Source: an uncultured Planctomycetaceae bacterium (GTDB taxonomy: Bacteria > Planctomycetota > Planctomycetia > Pirellulales > PALSA-1355). Taken from it: a stretch of 64,000 nucleotides of DNA. Shown here piece by piece: positions 1 through 10,463 of this stretch. Position 1 is the stretch's first letter; the number at the start of each line of letters is the position of its first letter. The notes under the pieces were generated by a model. It ran no database searches, was not told the origin of the DNA, and saw only the letters and a program-made list of their open reading frames with translations. Where the stretch lies: assembly GCA_963785305.1 (NCBI GenBank), contig CAWAUV010000001.1, positions 150,132 to 214,131 on the forward strand, given 5' to 3'. Made by a program: the position numbers and the translations under genes.

Positions 1-2
1 CC

Positions 3-341
3 AGCGGCGAAGGCGCCAATCTGGCCTTTGCTCTCAACAATGCCGGCCAATTGCAGGCCAACAGCCCGAGCATCACCAAGCTCACGTTGCATGTGCCGGC
101 TGGCGCTCGCGTGTTCTTGGCTGGCCAAGAGGCCACCTCGAACGGCGCTGTCCGTGAGTTCACCACCACTCGGCTCGCGCCGGGCGAGGTCTGGTCGGAC
201 TACACGGTCCGGGCCGAGATCGAGCGCGATGGCCAGATGGTGGTTCGCGAAGCGACGTTGACCTTGGTCGGCGGCGACTCGAAGGAGCTTACGTTGGATT
301 TCGGCGGCGACGCGACCCCCTCGGTCGCCTCGACTCGCTGA
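3..341 (+). CDS. TIGR03000 (Planctomycetes) domain protein, C-terminal part; 5' end outside window
   Basis: Frame is open from position 3. TKLTLHVPAGARVFLAGQ...VREFTTTRL..GEVWSDYTVRAEIERDG...TLTLVGGDSKELTLDF matches the planctomycete TIGR03000 pattern. Confidence 0.8.
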   Translation, partial: SGEGANLAFALNNAGQLQANSPSITKLTLHVPAGARVFLAGQEATSNGAVREFTTTRLAPGEVWSDYTVRAEIERDGQMVVREATLTLVGGDSKELTLDFGGDATPSVASTR

Positions 342-417
342 TGAATGCGAATGTCTCGGCCGCGTCGGAGCCAAGCGCTCTTGGCGACCGAGTCCCTTTT
401 GGATGTGAATCCTACCG

Positions 418-451
418 CCTCGCCCCGGTTCGCCCGGGGCGAGGTTTTTTT
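418..451 (+). terminator. Rho-independent terminator
   Basis: Perfect 11-bp hairpin CCTCGCCCCGG-TTCGC-CCGGGGCGAGG followed by T7, downstream of the TIGR03000 gene. Confidence 0.85.
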
Positions 452-612
452 ACGCGCGAAGGTATTCCGCCGAGGCAAGATCGCGGGAACCGCCTTAAAA
501 TCAAAGAAATCGGCGAAAGGCTCGCCCTCCGCCTATGCGAATTATTTCGCGCATGCGGCGATCGGGTAGATTTATCGCCGGGGGCCGCGGCCGCGGCCGA
601 TAGGGAGATGTG

Positions 613-1251
613 ATGAAAAACGCGAACCAAAACATCTCGCCCGCGGCGCATGCGGCTTCTCCCCGGCCGGGCGCGGCGGAGAATGCCGGCCGGGGGCTTT
701 CGCCCGCTTGGCGAGTGACGATCAGCGGCGTTATCGCGCTGCATCTGGCGGCGGTGTTTACCGGCCCCTGGGCTTTCGCGCCGCTGCATTCCCGCTTGGC
801 CGACGACGCCTACTCGCTGCTGCGGCCCTATATCGAAGTCATGGCCCTGGGCAATGGCTATCGTTTTTTCGCGCCCGAGCCCGGTCCGAGTCATTTGCTG
901 CACTATGAAATGACCTTGGCCGATGGGAGCCGTCGCGAGGGCGAAATTCCGAATCTCAAGACCGAGTGGCCGCGACTGCGATACCATCGCCACTTCATGC
1001 TGAGCGAGTTCATCAACTCGATCGATGCTCCGGGCGTGAAGAAGGGGCTAGGCGAAAAATACGCCGAGGGCTTTGCCCATCATTTGGCCGCGGTCAACAA
1101 CGCGGAGCGCGTCGATCTTTCGCTGCGCCGGCATCGCTTGGCCACGATGGAAGACGCTCGCAAAGGCATGGCGCTCACCGATCCCTCGTTGTACGACAAT
1201 ATCCCGCTCGTGACCTGGACCAAGGACGACGCTCCGGAATCGAAGGACTAA
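613..1251 (+). CDS. Membrane-anchored partner of HTTM protein (SdpA/DUF5819-like)
   Basis: GGGAG RBS, one N-terminal TM helix (VTISGVIALHLAAVF), and motifs GYRFFAPEPGP and RLRYHRHFMLSE. Lies 5 bp upstream of the HTTM gene. Confidence 0.6.
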   Translation: MKNANQNISPAAHAASPRPGAAENAGRGLSPAWRVTISGVIALHLAAVFTGPWAFAPLHSRLADDAYSLLRPYIEVMALGNGYRFFAPEPGPSHLLHYEMTLADGSRREGEIPNLKTEWPRLRYHRHFMLSEFINSIDAPGVKKGLGEKYAEGFAHHLAAVNNAERVDLSLRRHRLATMEDARKGMALTDPSLYDNIPLVTWTKDDAPESKD

Positions 1252-1256
1252 CCCCC

Positions 1257-2345
1257 GTGTCGAGCGTGTCGAAAACCATCGTGCGCCCCATCGAAGGCGC
1301 TTGGGCAATGTGGAACGATTTTTGGTTCCACGGAGCCGACCCGGCCACGTATTCGCTGATGCGCGTGCTCGGCGGCGCGATGCTGTTTTACACACATCTC
1401 GGTTTGGTCGCTCGATTTCGAGGCGTTTTTCGGCCCCGATGGCTGGCTCCCGCCCGAAGCGGTGCGCATGCTTCAGCAAGGGACGTATTCTTGGAGCTAC
1501 TTCTGGTGGCTGCCCACGTCGGGCTGGCGCTGGGCGGCGCATTTGGCGGCGCTCGTCGTCTTCGCGTTGCTCACGGTCGGATTGTACAGCCGCCTAATGG
1601 CCGTGCTCGCGCTTGTGGCCACGCTCAGCTATATCGGCCGTGCGCGCCGGCGCGCTGTTCGGCCTCGACCAAATCAACGCGATGCTGGCCCTGTATTTGT
1701 GCGTGGGTCCCTCGGGCGCCGAATATTCGCTCGACCGATGGCTTGTCCAGCGCCGCGCCGCCCGGGAACATCGGCCCGCGCCGCCGGTAGCGCCGAGCAT
1801 CGGCGCCAATATCGCGATTCGCCTTACGCAGCTTCACATGTGCGTGATCTATGCCTTTGCCGGCACATCGAAACTCATGGGTCCAAGCTGGTGGAATGGC
1901 GACGCCATGTGGCAGGCGATGGCCAATCTCGAGTACCAATCGGTCGACATGACCGGCATGGCGCACTGGCCGCGGCTAATCGCGCTGATGACGCATGTCA
2001 CCATTTTTTGGGAAGTGTATTACGTGGCGCTCGATCTGGCCGCGGAAGACGCGCTATATCATGCTCGCCATGGCCGTGCCGCTGCACTTGGGCATCGGCA
2101 TTTTTCTGGGCATGATGACCTTCGGCCTCGTGATGCTGATCGCGAACCTCGCGTTTGTCGAACCCCGGTATGTGCGCGCGATCATCGATCGACGATGGGC
2201 GGCGGCCACGGGCGAGCGCCAACCGGACACGTCGCGGGGAACGTCGAGGACCAAGGGGGCCATGCCCGCGGCCGATATTTCGAATGGCGCGGGATCAAGC
2301 GGCGGAAGCTTGCGACGGCCCACTCCGCGAATGCAAAAGCACTGA
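1257..2345 (+). CDS. HTTM-domain (SdpB/vitamin K-dependent carboxylase-like) membrane protein; 3 apparent frameshifts (~1400, ~1645, ~2030)
   Basis: Pieces of ORFs 966, 1462, 1613 and 1995 join into WNDFWF..DPATYSLMRV...LLTVGLYSR...GLDQI...YSLDRW...IRLTQLHMCVIYAFAGTSKL.GPSWWNGDA...LHLGIGIFLGMMTFG. Confidence 0.75.
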
Positions 2346-2409
2346 TCGCGATGCCCATGCCGAGCGGCAAGCGTGCTCCCCGCGCGGCCCGGCGACCCGA
2401 GTGGCCCCG

Positions 2410-3104
2410 CTACCAGAAACGCCACCAGGGGGCGCCGCCACGGCTTCTTCTCCGCGGCCCACCGGCGACGCGGCATATTGGCGCCACTTGGTCACGTCGT
2501 TGCCATAGTCCTGCCCGCTCACGAGCTTGAGCGATTCCAGCGCGCGGCGCTGCATGGCCGGGTCGGCGTCGGCCAAGGCTTCGGCGAGCGCTTTCGCGGC
2601 GGTTGGTTCCTTGAGCGTTCCCAGCGCGCGGGCGGCAGCCAGGCGAACATCGAAGTTGCCATCGTTGGTCAGCGTGTTCGATAGCGGCTCGATCCCATCC
2701 TTGCCGCCGCGAATCGACCACGCGCGGCAGCAGGCAATCCGCGTTTCGAAATCTGGATCGCTCAAGCCCGCCTTGAGCACCTGACCGGAAAGCGCGGTGG
2801 GATACACGGCGAGCGCCAGCAAGATGTGACGCCGCACGAGCGGGTCTTGTTTTTCTTTTTCGATCTCCCGGGCCAGCAGTTCGCAATCTTTTTGCTGTTG
2901 CTCGGGCGACTTGGGAGTCTTCTTCTGTTCGTCGCGCAGCTTGTCGATCTCGGCGATGCGCTCATCGGCTGTCTTGATGCCGACGACATGGTCTTCAGTA
3001 TACCAAGGCATCTTCTTTTGCAGCGCGCTGCCCTGACAGCCGGTCTCGACGAGACCGAGCGCGAGCGCGAGCACGGCAAAAACGATGGGTCGACCCGATT
3101 TCAT
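2410..3104 (-). CDS. HEAT-repeat lipoprotein
   Basis: Lipobox-like signal (LALGLVETGC) and HEAT/PBS repeats (DPLVRRHILLAL, DFETRIACCRAW, FDVRLAAARALG, DPAMQRRALESL). The called ORF runs to 2295, but a one-base shift in the C run near 2430 would give a PWWRFW* end at 2410. Confidence 0.7.
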
Positions 3105-3339
3105 GGACGCGACAACATTTGAAGGCAAAATGGGAGATTTGCCAGATAGGCGGGCGGGACTATATCAGATTACGCTCCCGGCCCGCTAGGCGAACTCGAA
3201 GCGCCCGGATCGGAATTTGCCCCAATGTCGTCGACGCATCCGGAAGGCGTTCTCGTTCGGATTTGGGCCTCCGCTATCGGAGAAGGCGCCATGACAGCAA
3301 GGAGACGCATCGCCACTTGCCTATCGCTTGGGCAGGCTC

Positions 3340-3603
3340 TCATTCGATCTCAAGCACTTTGCCTTCGTCGGACACTTCGACCTCGATGATCTTGCCGGAT
3401 TTGTTCTTGCCGCGAACTTCGTAAAATCCGTCGCCTCGGACCACGTTGTCAAACACCACGTCGGGCATCGTGGTCTGGGCCACCTTGATGATTTCAGGTG
3501 GCACGCTGTCCATCGATACCGAGTGCTTGCTGGTCTTCTTCGCGGTCGGACTGCAACCGAGCGAACAAGCCACGAACACCGAAAGCCACCATGCCCAGCG
3601 CAT
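3340..3603 (-). CDS. Small PepSY-like lipoprotein
   Basis: MRWAWWLSVFVACSLGC lipobox, then VPPEIIKVAQ...YEVRGKNKSGKIIEVEVSDEGKVLEIE. Its ATG overlaps the upstream DUF1559 stop (TGATG). Confidence 0.65.
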   Translation of the reverse strand: MRWAWWLSVFVACSLGCSPTAKKTSKHSVSMDSVPPEIIKVAQTTMPDVVFDNVVRGDGFYEVRGKNKSGKIIEVEVSDEGKVLEIE

Positions 3604-4505
3604 CAATATTCTCCTGATACCACTTCGTTGCCGGTGCGCGTCACCAGCGAGATATAGGTCTGATAGTCGATTTCCGCGTCGAGATAGTTCACATGGCCAT
3701 CGGTAAACAAGAAATTGCACCCTAGGCCATGCAAGCTATAGAACTGGTTGACATCGCCGCCGGGCTCGCCGGGGCCGGCGCCCTCGCCCGCATGTCCCAA
3801 AATCATGCTCGCGCCCGCTTCGGGCACCGGTTGCGCCACGACATTGGCCGGAGACGGAAAAAGCATCGCGTTCGTCACCGAACCGACCCACGTTGCGTTG
3901 CCAAGCACGATCGCCCGCTCGCCCACGGCCAAGGTCGTGCTGCTGCCATCGGTAATGTCTTTCAAGGCGATGTCGCTATTGCGATAAAAAACCCCATTGC
4001 CGTTGACGCCCGGTTCGCCGGTGCCGAAGACCCCCACATAGTTCGCCGAGGCAACGTCGCAAATCGTTGGACCCGGCGCGGATCCGGCGGCCGAGCTTTG
4101 AGCCGACCAACTGGGCGGAGGCGAGTCCGAGGGACAAAGCAGCGTGGCGATCGCGAGCAGCCGGGCCGTGTTTTGCGGCGATTCGATCGGCAATTGAAAA
4201 TGGATGGCGCCGGAAATGGCGCCCTCTTCCAACTGCGGCAGAATTCGAGCGGCCCAACCCCAGCCCGGTCCCAGATCGTTGCCGTTGGCGTCGACCTGCG
4301 AAATATATCCCGCGGGAAATGTTTTCCGCGCTTCCTCGAAATTCAGGAGCGCCAAGCCGATCTGCTTCAGATTGTTCGCGCAATGAATTCGCCTCGCCGA
4401 TTCGCGGCTCGCTTGGACCGCGGGCAGCAGCAAAGCGACGAGCACGCCGATGATCGCGACGACCGCCAGCAATTCGACTAAGGTAAATCCGCGACGCATG
4501 GACAT
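3603..4505 (-). CDS. DUF1559 prepilin-type N-terminal cleavage / H-X9-DG protein
   Basis: [60 protein letters not shown], and SLHGLGCNFLFTDGHV. Confidence 0.92.
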   Translation of the reverse strand: MSMRRGFTLVELLAVVAIIGVLVALLLPAVQASRESARRIHCANNLKQIGLALLNFEEARKTFPAGYISQVDANGNDLGPGWGWAARILPQLEEGAISGAIHFQLPIESPQNTARLLAIATLLCPSDSPPPSWSAQSSAAGSAPGPTICDVASANYVGVFGTGEPGVNGNGVFYRNSDIALKDITDGSSTTLAVGERAIVLGNATWVGSVTNAMLFPSPANVVAQPVPEAGASMILGHAGEGAGPGEPGGDVNQFYSLHGLGCNFLFTDGHVNYLDAEIDYQTYISLVTRTGNEVVSGEY

Positions 4506-4761
4506 AGTGGGCTCCCTGGGGGAGCACGAAGTTTAGTCGCCGCGGCTGACCCACGTCAAAATAGAATCGCGTTAGGAAATGGTTAGCGACTTATCCGACG
4601 CCTCCTCTTCTCCCCAACCGGGAAAAAAACATGGGGATGGGGGTTCCTGGGGGTTCATGGATATGCTCGGCCCTTCAAGCCGCCGATCCTAACCGTACTG
4701 CCCGATTGGAGTTTGCTCGCCGAGTCGGGCGGATCACGGTGCGCCATGCTATGCTAATAGA

Positions 4762-5962
4762 ATGGTCCCTAGCCTCGCCGCGCCCTGCGTCCGCAAGTCG
4801 ATCGTCCAAGGGATATTGCGCGCGACGGTGGCGATCGGCTTGGCGCTTTGCCTATCGTCGCTCGGAAGTTTGGCCCTAGCGGTCGATCATGTGGCGTTTA
4901 AACGCGACGGAAACGCCCGCGAAATCGATGGCCGCCTTTTGGTCACGGCCCAAGACGGCGGCCTGATGCTCCTGGCCAGCGACGGCGTCTTGTGGCCGAT
5001 TCAGCCCGAAGAAATCGTCTCGCATACGAAGGACGACGCTCCCTTCAAGCCGCTCTCCGCCGCCCTGCTCGGCAAGCGGCTTCTGGAAACGCTGCCCGAA
5101 GGTTTTGAAATTCACTCCACGACTGCGCTATCTGGTGTGCCACGACACCTCGCGAGAATATGCCCAGTGGTGCGGTTCGCTGCTCGAGCGGCTCAATCGC
5201 GCGTTCGTCAATTTTTGGAACCGCAAGGGATTCGAGCTTCACGAAGCCGAATTTCCGCTGGTCGTCATCGTGTTCAGCAGCCGCGAAGCGTATATGAAAT
5301 ACGCCACGCTCGAGGTCGGGCCCGCCGCGCGGAACATGATCGGCTACTACAGTCTCGCGACTAATCGAGTGCTGACCTGCGACCTGACGGAAAGCGATCC
5401 GGGGCTCGGCCGCCGCGAGCGCCGCGCCAGCGCCCAGCAGATCAACGAGCTTTTGAGCCAGCCCGATTCCGAACGCAACGTGGCCACGATCATCCACGAG
5501 GCCACGCATCAGGTGGCGTTTAACTCGGGCCTGCAGACTCGCTTCGCCGATATTCCGCTCTGGGTGAGCGAAGGACTGGCGATCTATTTCGAAACGCCGG
5601 ACCTCGAAAGCGCCAAGGGATGGCGAACCATGGGCGGGGTGAACTATCCGCGGCTCGAGCGATTCCATGAATACCTGCCCGCGCGTCCCGCGGAATCGTT
5701 GCCGAGCCTGATCGGCGACGACAAGCGAATGCGCGATCCGTCGACGGCGCTCGACGCCTATGCCGAAGCCTGGGCCCTGAACTATTACCTGCTCCGCCAG
5801 CATCCGAAGGAATATCTCGCGTATTTGAAGCGGCTGGCCGCGAAGCCGCCGCTGGTGTGGGACGATCGGGACGCGCGGCTCGCGGAATTTCGCCAAGCGT
5901 TTGGGCCGGACATTGGCCGGGTCGACGATCAATTTCTCCGGCACATGCAGCGAGTGCATTAA
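4762..5962 (+). CDS. DUF1570 domain protein (HEXXH metallopeptidase-like); frameshift ~5120
   Basis: Signal peptide in ORF 4762 continues into ORF 5105, which carries TIIHEATHQVAFNSG..PLWVSEGLAIYFE and YAEAWALNYYL. Confidence 0.8.
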
Positions 5963-6234
5963 AAGCAGGACTTGGCGGCGATCGACGAAAACTCGCGCCT
6001 TGGGCGTTGAACATCGAGCGGGCCGGCCTGGGAATCAAGCGGCCCGGCCGCCCGGTCCGGCTCGCGCGCCGCGAGATTTTTCCCGAGAGCGAAGGTTCGT
6101 CGTGTGGCGAAATGGATTTAGGTAAGGTAAATTGGGCTTCACCGCGCCGTGTCGCCCGAATCGAGCCCATGACTCGAAATCGCGAGTGACGATCCTCCCC
6201 AAACCTTTCGCCGCCTTGGAGCAAAGGACACATC

Positions 6235-7549
6235 ATGCACTCCGCCCCCGGTTCCCATCCCCAGGCTTCGGCGACCCGCCGCGATTTTCTCAAGGCTTCG
6301 AGCCTCGCGGCCGGCGGCGCTTTCGTCGCCGCCGCTCGTCGCTCCGCGCTTTGTGCATGCGGCCGATAGCCATGTGCTCAAGGTGGGCCTCATCGGCTGC
6401 GGCGGCCGAGGCACGGGCGCGGCGATGAATGCCCTCAACGCCGAGAAGGACTTGCCGGCCGACATTCAGTGCAAAGTCACGGCCTTGGCCGATCTTTTTC
6501 CCGAAAGCCTGCAATCCAGCCTCAACAATCTCAAGCAACAAGCCGCCGCGCGAATCGATGTGCCCGCCGAGCGGCAATTCACCGGCTTCGACGCTTACAA
6601 GCAATTATTGGCCACCGATGTCGATGTGGTGCTGCTTGCCACCCCGCCGCACTTTCGACCGATTCATTTCAAGGCCGCCGTCGAGGCCGGCAAACATGTA
6701 TTCTGCGAGAAACCGGTGGCGGTCGACGCTCCCGGGGTGCGCTCGGTGCTCGAAACCGCGGAGCTCGCCAAGCAAAAGAACCTGAGCGTCGTGTCGGGGC
6801 TTTGCTATCGCTACGATTTGGCCAAGCAAGAACTGGTCAAGCGGGTGCATGACGGCGCCATCGGCGATATTCAAGCGATGCATGTTAGCTACAACACCGG
6901 CACCCTCTGGCGCAAGGATCGGAAGCCCGAGTGGAGCGACATGGAATTTCAGCTCCGCAACTGGCTCTACTTCACATGGCTTTCGGGCGACTTCAATGTC
7001 GAGCAGCATGTGCATAGCCTCGACAAAGCGGCCTGGATCATGCGCGACGAGCCGCCGGCGCGAGCCACCGGCCTGGGCGGGCGCCAAGTGCGAACCGGCG
7101 AGGAATACGGTAATGCCTACGACCACATGGCCGTGGTTTTCGAATACGCCAACGGAGTGCGGCTCTTTTCCAATTGTCGCCAAATGGCGGGCTGCTCGGT
7201 CGATGTGTCGGATCACATCATCGGCACGAAGGGCACGGCCGAAATGATGAAAGGCCGGATCTCCGGGGCCGACCCCTGGAGCTTTTCGGGCAAGGCGCCC
7301 AATATGTACGACGCGGAGCACAAAGCGCTCTTCGAGAGCATTCGCTCGGCCAACCCGATCAACAACGGCCGGTACATGGCCCAAAGCACGCTGATGGGAA
7401 TCATGGGCCGCATGTGCTGCTACACCGGCCAGACGCTCACCTGGGACCAATGCCTCAAGAGCAAGGAAGACCTCTCGCCGGCGAAGTATGAATTCGGCCC
7501 GGCGCCGGTGGCGGTGGTGGCCAAGCCGGGGCTCACGCAGTTCGTGTAG
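6235..7549 (+). CDS. Tat-exported Gfo/Idh/MocA family oxidoreductase; frameshift ~6335
   Basis: AAAGGA RBS and ATG 6235 give MHSAPG..TRRDFLK (twin-arginine). ORF 6353 has KVGLIGCGGRGTGA, ATPPHFRP, GKHVFCEKP and VEQHVHSLD. Confidence 0.9.
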
Positions 7550-7692
7550 TCGGCAAACGATGTGACGCCCGAGAAGAGAGCCGCGGGGGAGCGAGGGCGA
7601 GGCCCGCTCCGCGCTTCGCGGGGCGAGGTTGCTTCTTCCCGTCGTTTCTTTTTCGCGATGTTCTTTTCGCGATTCGCCCAAGAAGGAGAAAA

Positions 7693-7765
7693 TAGCCGCG
7701 GCGCAACTCGAACGCGCGACATCCAGCTTGTCGAGCTGCGCTCTAACCAACTGAGCTACGCGGCT
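7693..7765 (-). tRNA. tRNA-Val(GAC)-like gene, atypical or pseudo
   Basis: Minus strand reads AGCCGCG TA GCTC AGTTGGTTA GAGC G CAGC TCGACAA GCTG GATGTC GCGCG TTCGAGT TGCGC CGCGGCT A. It has a perfect 7-bp acceptor stem and canonical D and T loops, but only a 4-bp anticodon stem, and CCA is not encoded. Confidence 0.65.
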
Positions 7766-7962
7766 GCGATGGATTTTCTCAACGGGGGCGGCGAGGCCGA
7801 GGGACTCGACTCGGGCAATTCGTCGCCTCTACCTGCGACGCGACTAATCTACCCGCCCGAACCGAGACCGTCTAGCGGTTCATTGAAAAATGGAGCCCGC
7901 TTTGGCCGGCATAAGCGCGAGGCGCCGATCCGATCGGCGGGCGCCGCGATGCTTCGGCCAGA

Positions 7963-9043
7963 TCAATACGCGTCTTCGTTCACCTGCTGACTGTCGTTCG
8001 ACAGATTAATCAAATCCCACACACCGAGGGCCGTCGAGCTCGTGCCCAGGCCGATCGTATCGTCGAGCCAATGCACGCTACCATCGCAGAACACGCTTTG
8101 CACGCCGCCGGGATGCAGACTCCGCATTGTTTGCTGGTGGCTGTTATTGCCGCCATCGCAGCCCATGTTGAAGTTGTTTAGCATCGTGGTGCCGCCGAAA
8201 TTCGCGCCGGTCGTATTGCAGCTAAAAACATCGTCGGCCTCGGGAGCCCAAGCATTCGGGCCGTTGTCGTCGCCGATATTTCCATGCGCGTAAAGACCAC
8301 TCGCGCAGCCGCCCGACATCGCCCAAATGCCTCGGGCGTCGGTCGAATCGAGCCCGGCCCGAATCTCGCCGACCAGCACGGTCTTACTCGTGCCATCGGT
8401 AATTTGCTTCATCGAGAGCGAGACATTCGGGCCCATGACGCCGCGATAATAGGCTTGGGTCCAGCCCGTCGAGCTTGCTCCGAAGCTGCTATCTTGAAAT
8501 TCCATCGAGCCGTTGGCGGCATAGTTGCCGCGCCCAGCCGAGCCCCAGGGAAGTGGCGGCGGTCGTTCCGTCGTACGCAACATTGTTATACGAATCGCTC
8601 GGGCAGAGCAGCGCTGGAATCACGGTCGAGCGGAAGACATAGTTCGAGCCATCGGTGATGTAGGCTTTGGTGTTGTAGAGCGTCAGCGTGTTTTTCTCTT
8701 CCATGAAGGGCATGATCATGATGATCCAATTCGGCCCCAGCGTCGTTTGCGGCATATTCGCGCTGCCGCTGTTCCAAAGGGCGCCCGGCGGAAAGATCTT
8801 TCGCGCGTCGTGGTAATTCTGCAGAGCGAGCCCGAGTTGCTTGAGGTTGTTGGCGCAACTCGACCTGCGGGCCGCTTCCCGGGCGGCTTGCACCGCCGGA
8901 AGCAAGAGCGCGATCAGCACGCCGATGATCGCGATCACGACAAGCAGTTCGACCAGAGTAAATGCCTGACGCGCGCGCGCTCCGGTCGCGCGAGCCGCCG
9001 AGCGCGCTAGCAACCACGAATCCTGCCTACGAACAGACCGCAT
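7963..9043 (-). CDS. DUF1559 prepilin-type / H-X9-DG protein; frameshift ~8540
   Basis: [48 protein letters not shown] (ORF 8489) joins [13 protein letters not shown] and [16 protein letters not shown] (ORF 7963). Confidence 0.9.
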
Positions 9044-9362
9044 TTTTTTCCGAACCCGAAGAGATGTGAAACCCCTGATCGCTCGGGGCGCCAACGGTCT
9101 TGAGCAAGTGCCGGGCCTCAAGAGACGGGCATTTTGCGGTTCGGCGCTTTGTGCGCGCGAACGCTCCTTGGATGGATCAATTAAAGGACCGACGAAGAAA
9201 GGAACAAAACCGTCGATAGGGGCGATGCCAACTCGAATCGAACCTCGGCCAGTCTCGCGAACCTATTGCCATGTTATAGCTTTGCACGCGGCGGTGCAAG
9301 AAAAAGAATCTGAAATTATTTGCGCGCTCGCAACCCGTCGCCCCCCCAACTGCACGGCGATT

Positions 9363-10334
9363 CTACCCCTCGCCCCCGCCGGGGCGGGACCACTTGCGCA
9401 CCCAGGCCATCAGCGCCGCCGCCACCGGATCATCGGGTTTCGTGGCCCGCCACATGACGTCGATATGGTTCCGATTCTCGACCGGGAGCGTTTCCACGGT
9501 CACATGTTTATCGCGCAGCGCCTTGGCGAAGTCGAGCGCCATGTCCTCGGCAAATGGAAAGTCGTGATCGGCATGGATCAGCAGCATCGGCGGAGAACGC
9601 TCGCTCACGTGTTCGATCGGCGACGCCTGACGATGCAAGGCCGCGTCGTCGCCGAACACGCTCTTGAACATCGTTCCCGGCACAATGTAAACACCGCTGA
9701 TCGCGACCACGGCCTTGATGTCGGCCAGCCCGAGGCCCTGCTCCGTGAGGTACGACTCGTCGGTGGCCAAAAGGGCCGCCAGGTGTCCGCCGGCGGAATG
9801 CCCGGCCACGAACAACCGCTCGCGGTCGCCGCCATAACGGGCAATATTGGCCCGCACCCAGGCAAAAGCTCGCGCCACGTCGCGAATATGCTCCGGATGC
9901 TGGACACTCGGCGACAAGCGGTAGTTGACCACGGCGCAACCGAGCCCGTGTTCGGCCAGCATGTGCCCGATCGCGGCGTAAATGCCGAAATTCGATTTAT
10001 CGCCCGCCATCCAAGCCCCGCCGTGAATGAACACCACCGTGGGATAATCGCTCGCGTTGCGGGGCAGGAACAGATCGAGCCGATGCTTGGTGGCGTGGGC
10101 GTCGGCGCCATCGTAATACGCCAGGTCCTTATGCTCGTCGACAGCCAGCGGATTCTCGGGAACGCTCGCCGTGGGCTTTTCGGCGGGCTTTTCAGCTTCT
10201 TCGGCCGCCCATGCCGCCATCGGCCGCGACGGGGCCATCAGCGCCAGAATCACGCATAGCGGCGAAAAGCTCGCGATCGCGAGGCGCCGCAATTCAAAAC
10301 GCGACGGTGGTGGCGGCGATGCGAAATTACGCAT
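9363..10334 (-). CDS. Secreted alpha/beta hydrolase (carboxylesterase/BD-FAE-like)
   Basis: FIHGGAW oxyanion motif, GHSAGG nucleophile elbow, LIHADHD, a C-terminal catalytic His (RNHID), and a signal-like N-terminus. Confidence 0.88.
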   Translation of the reverse strand: MRNFASPPPPSRFELRRLAIASFSPLCVILALMAPSRPMAAWAAEEAEKPAEKPTASVPENPLAVDEHKDLAYYDGADAHATKHRLDLFLPRNASDYPTVVFIHGGAWMAGDKSNFGIYAAIGHMLAEHGLGCAVVNYRLSPSVQHPEHIRDVARAFAWVRANIARYGGDRERLFVAGHSAGGHLAALLATDESYLTEQGLGLADIKAVVAISGVYIVPGTMFKSVFGDDAALHRQASPIEHVSERSPPMLLIHADHDFPFAEDMALDFAKALRDKHVTVETLPVENRNHIDVMWRATKPDDPVAAALMAWVRKWSRPGGGEG

Positions 10335-10463
10335 GGGGCTCTCCTTGGCGCGGCGTCAGCGGACAAGCGGCGCGGGTCGCCCGATTATACGCGACTCCGC
10401 CGCGGCGAGCACTCAAAAACATGCAAGGGTTGGTGTTTGCCACCCCGATCATCCGGGCCCTGC

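Noticed and set aside
9066..10259. 397-aa plus-strand ORF, and similar shadow ORFs at 6605-7750, 11395-12423, 18787-20031 and 23295-24707
   Set aside because: Each fully overlaps a well-supported gene on the opposite strand.
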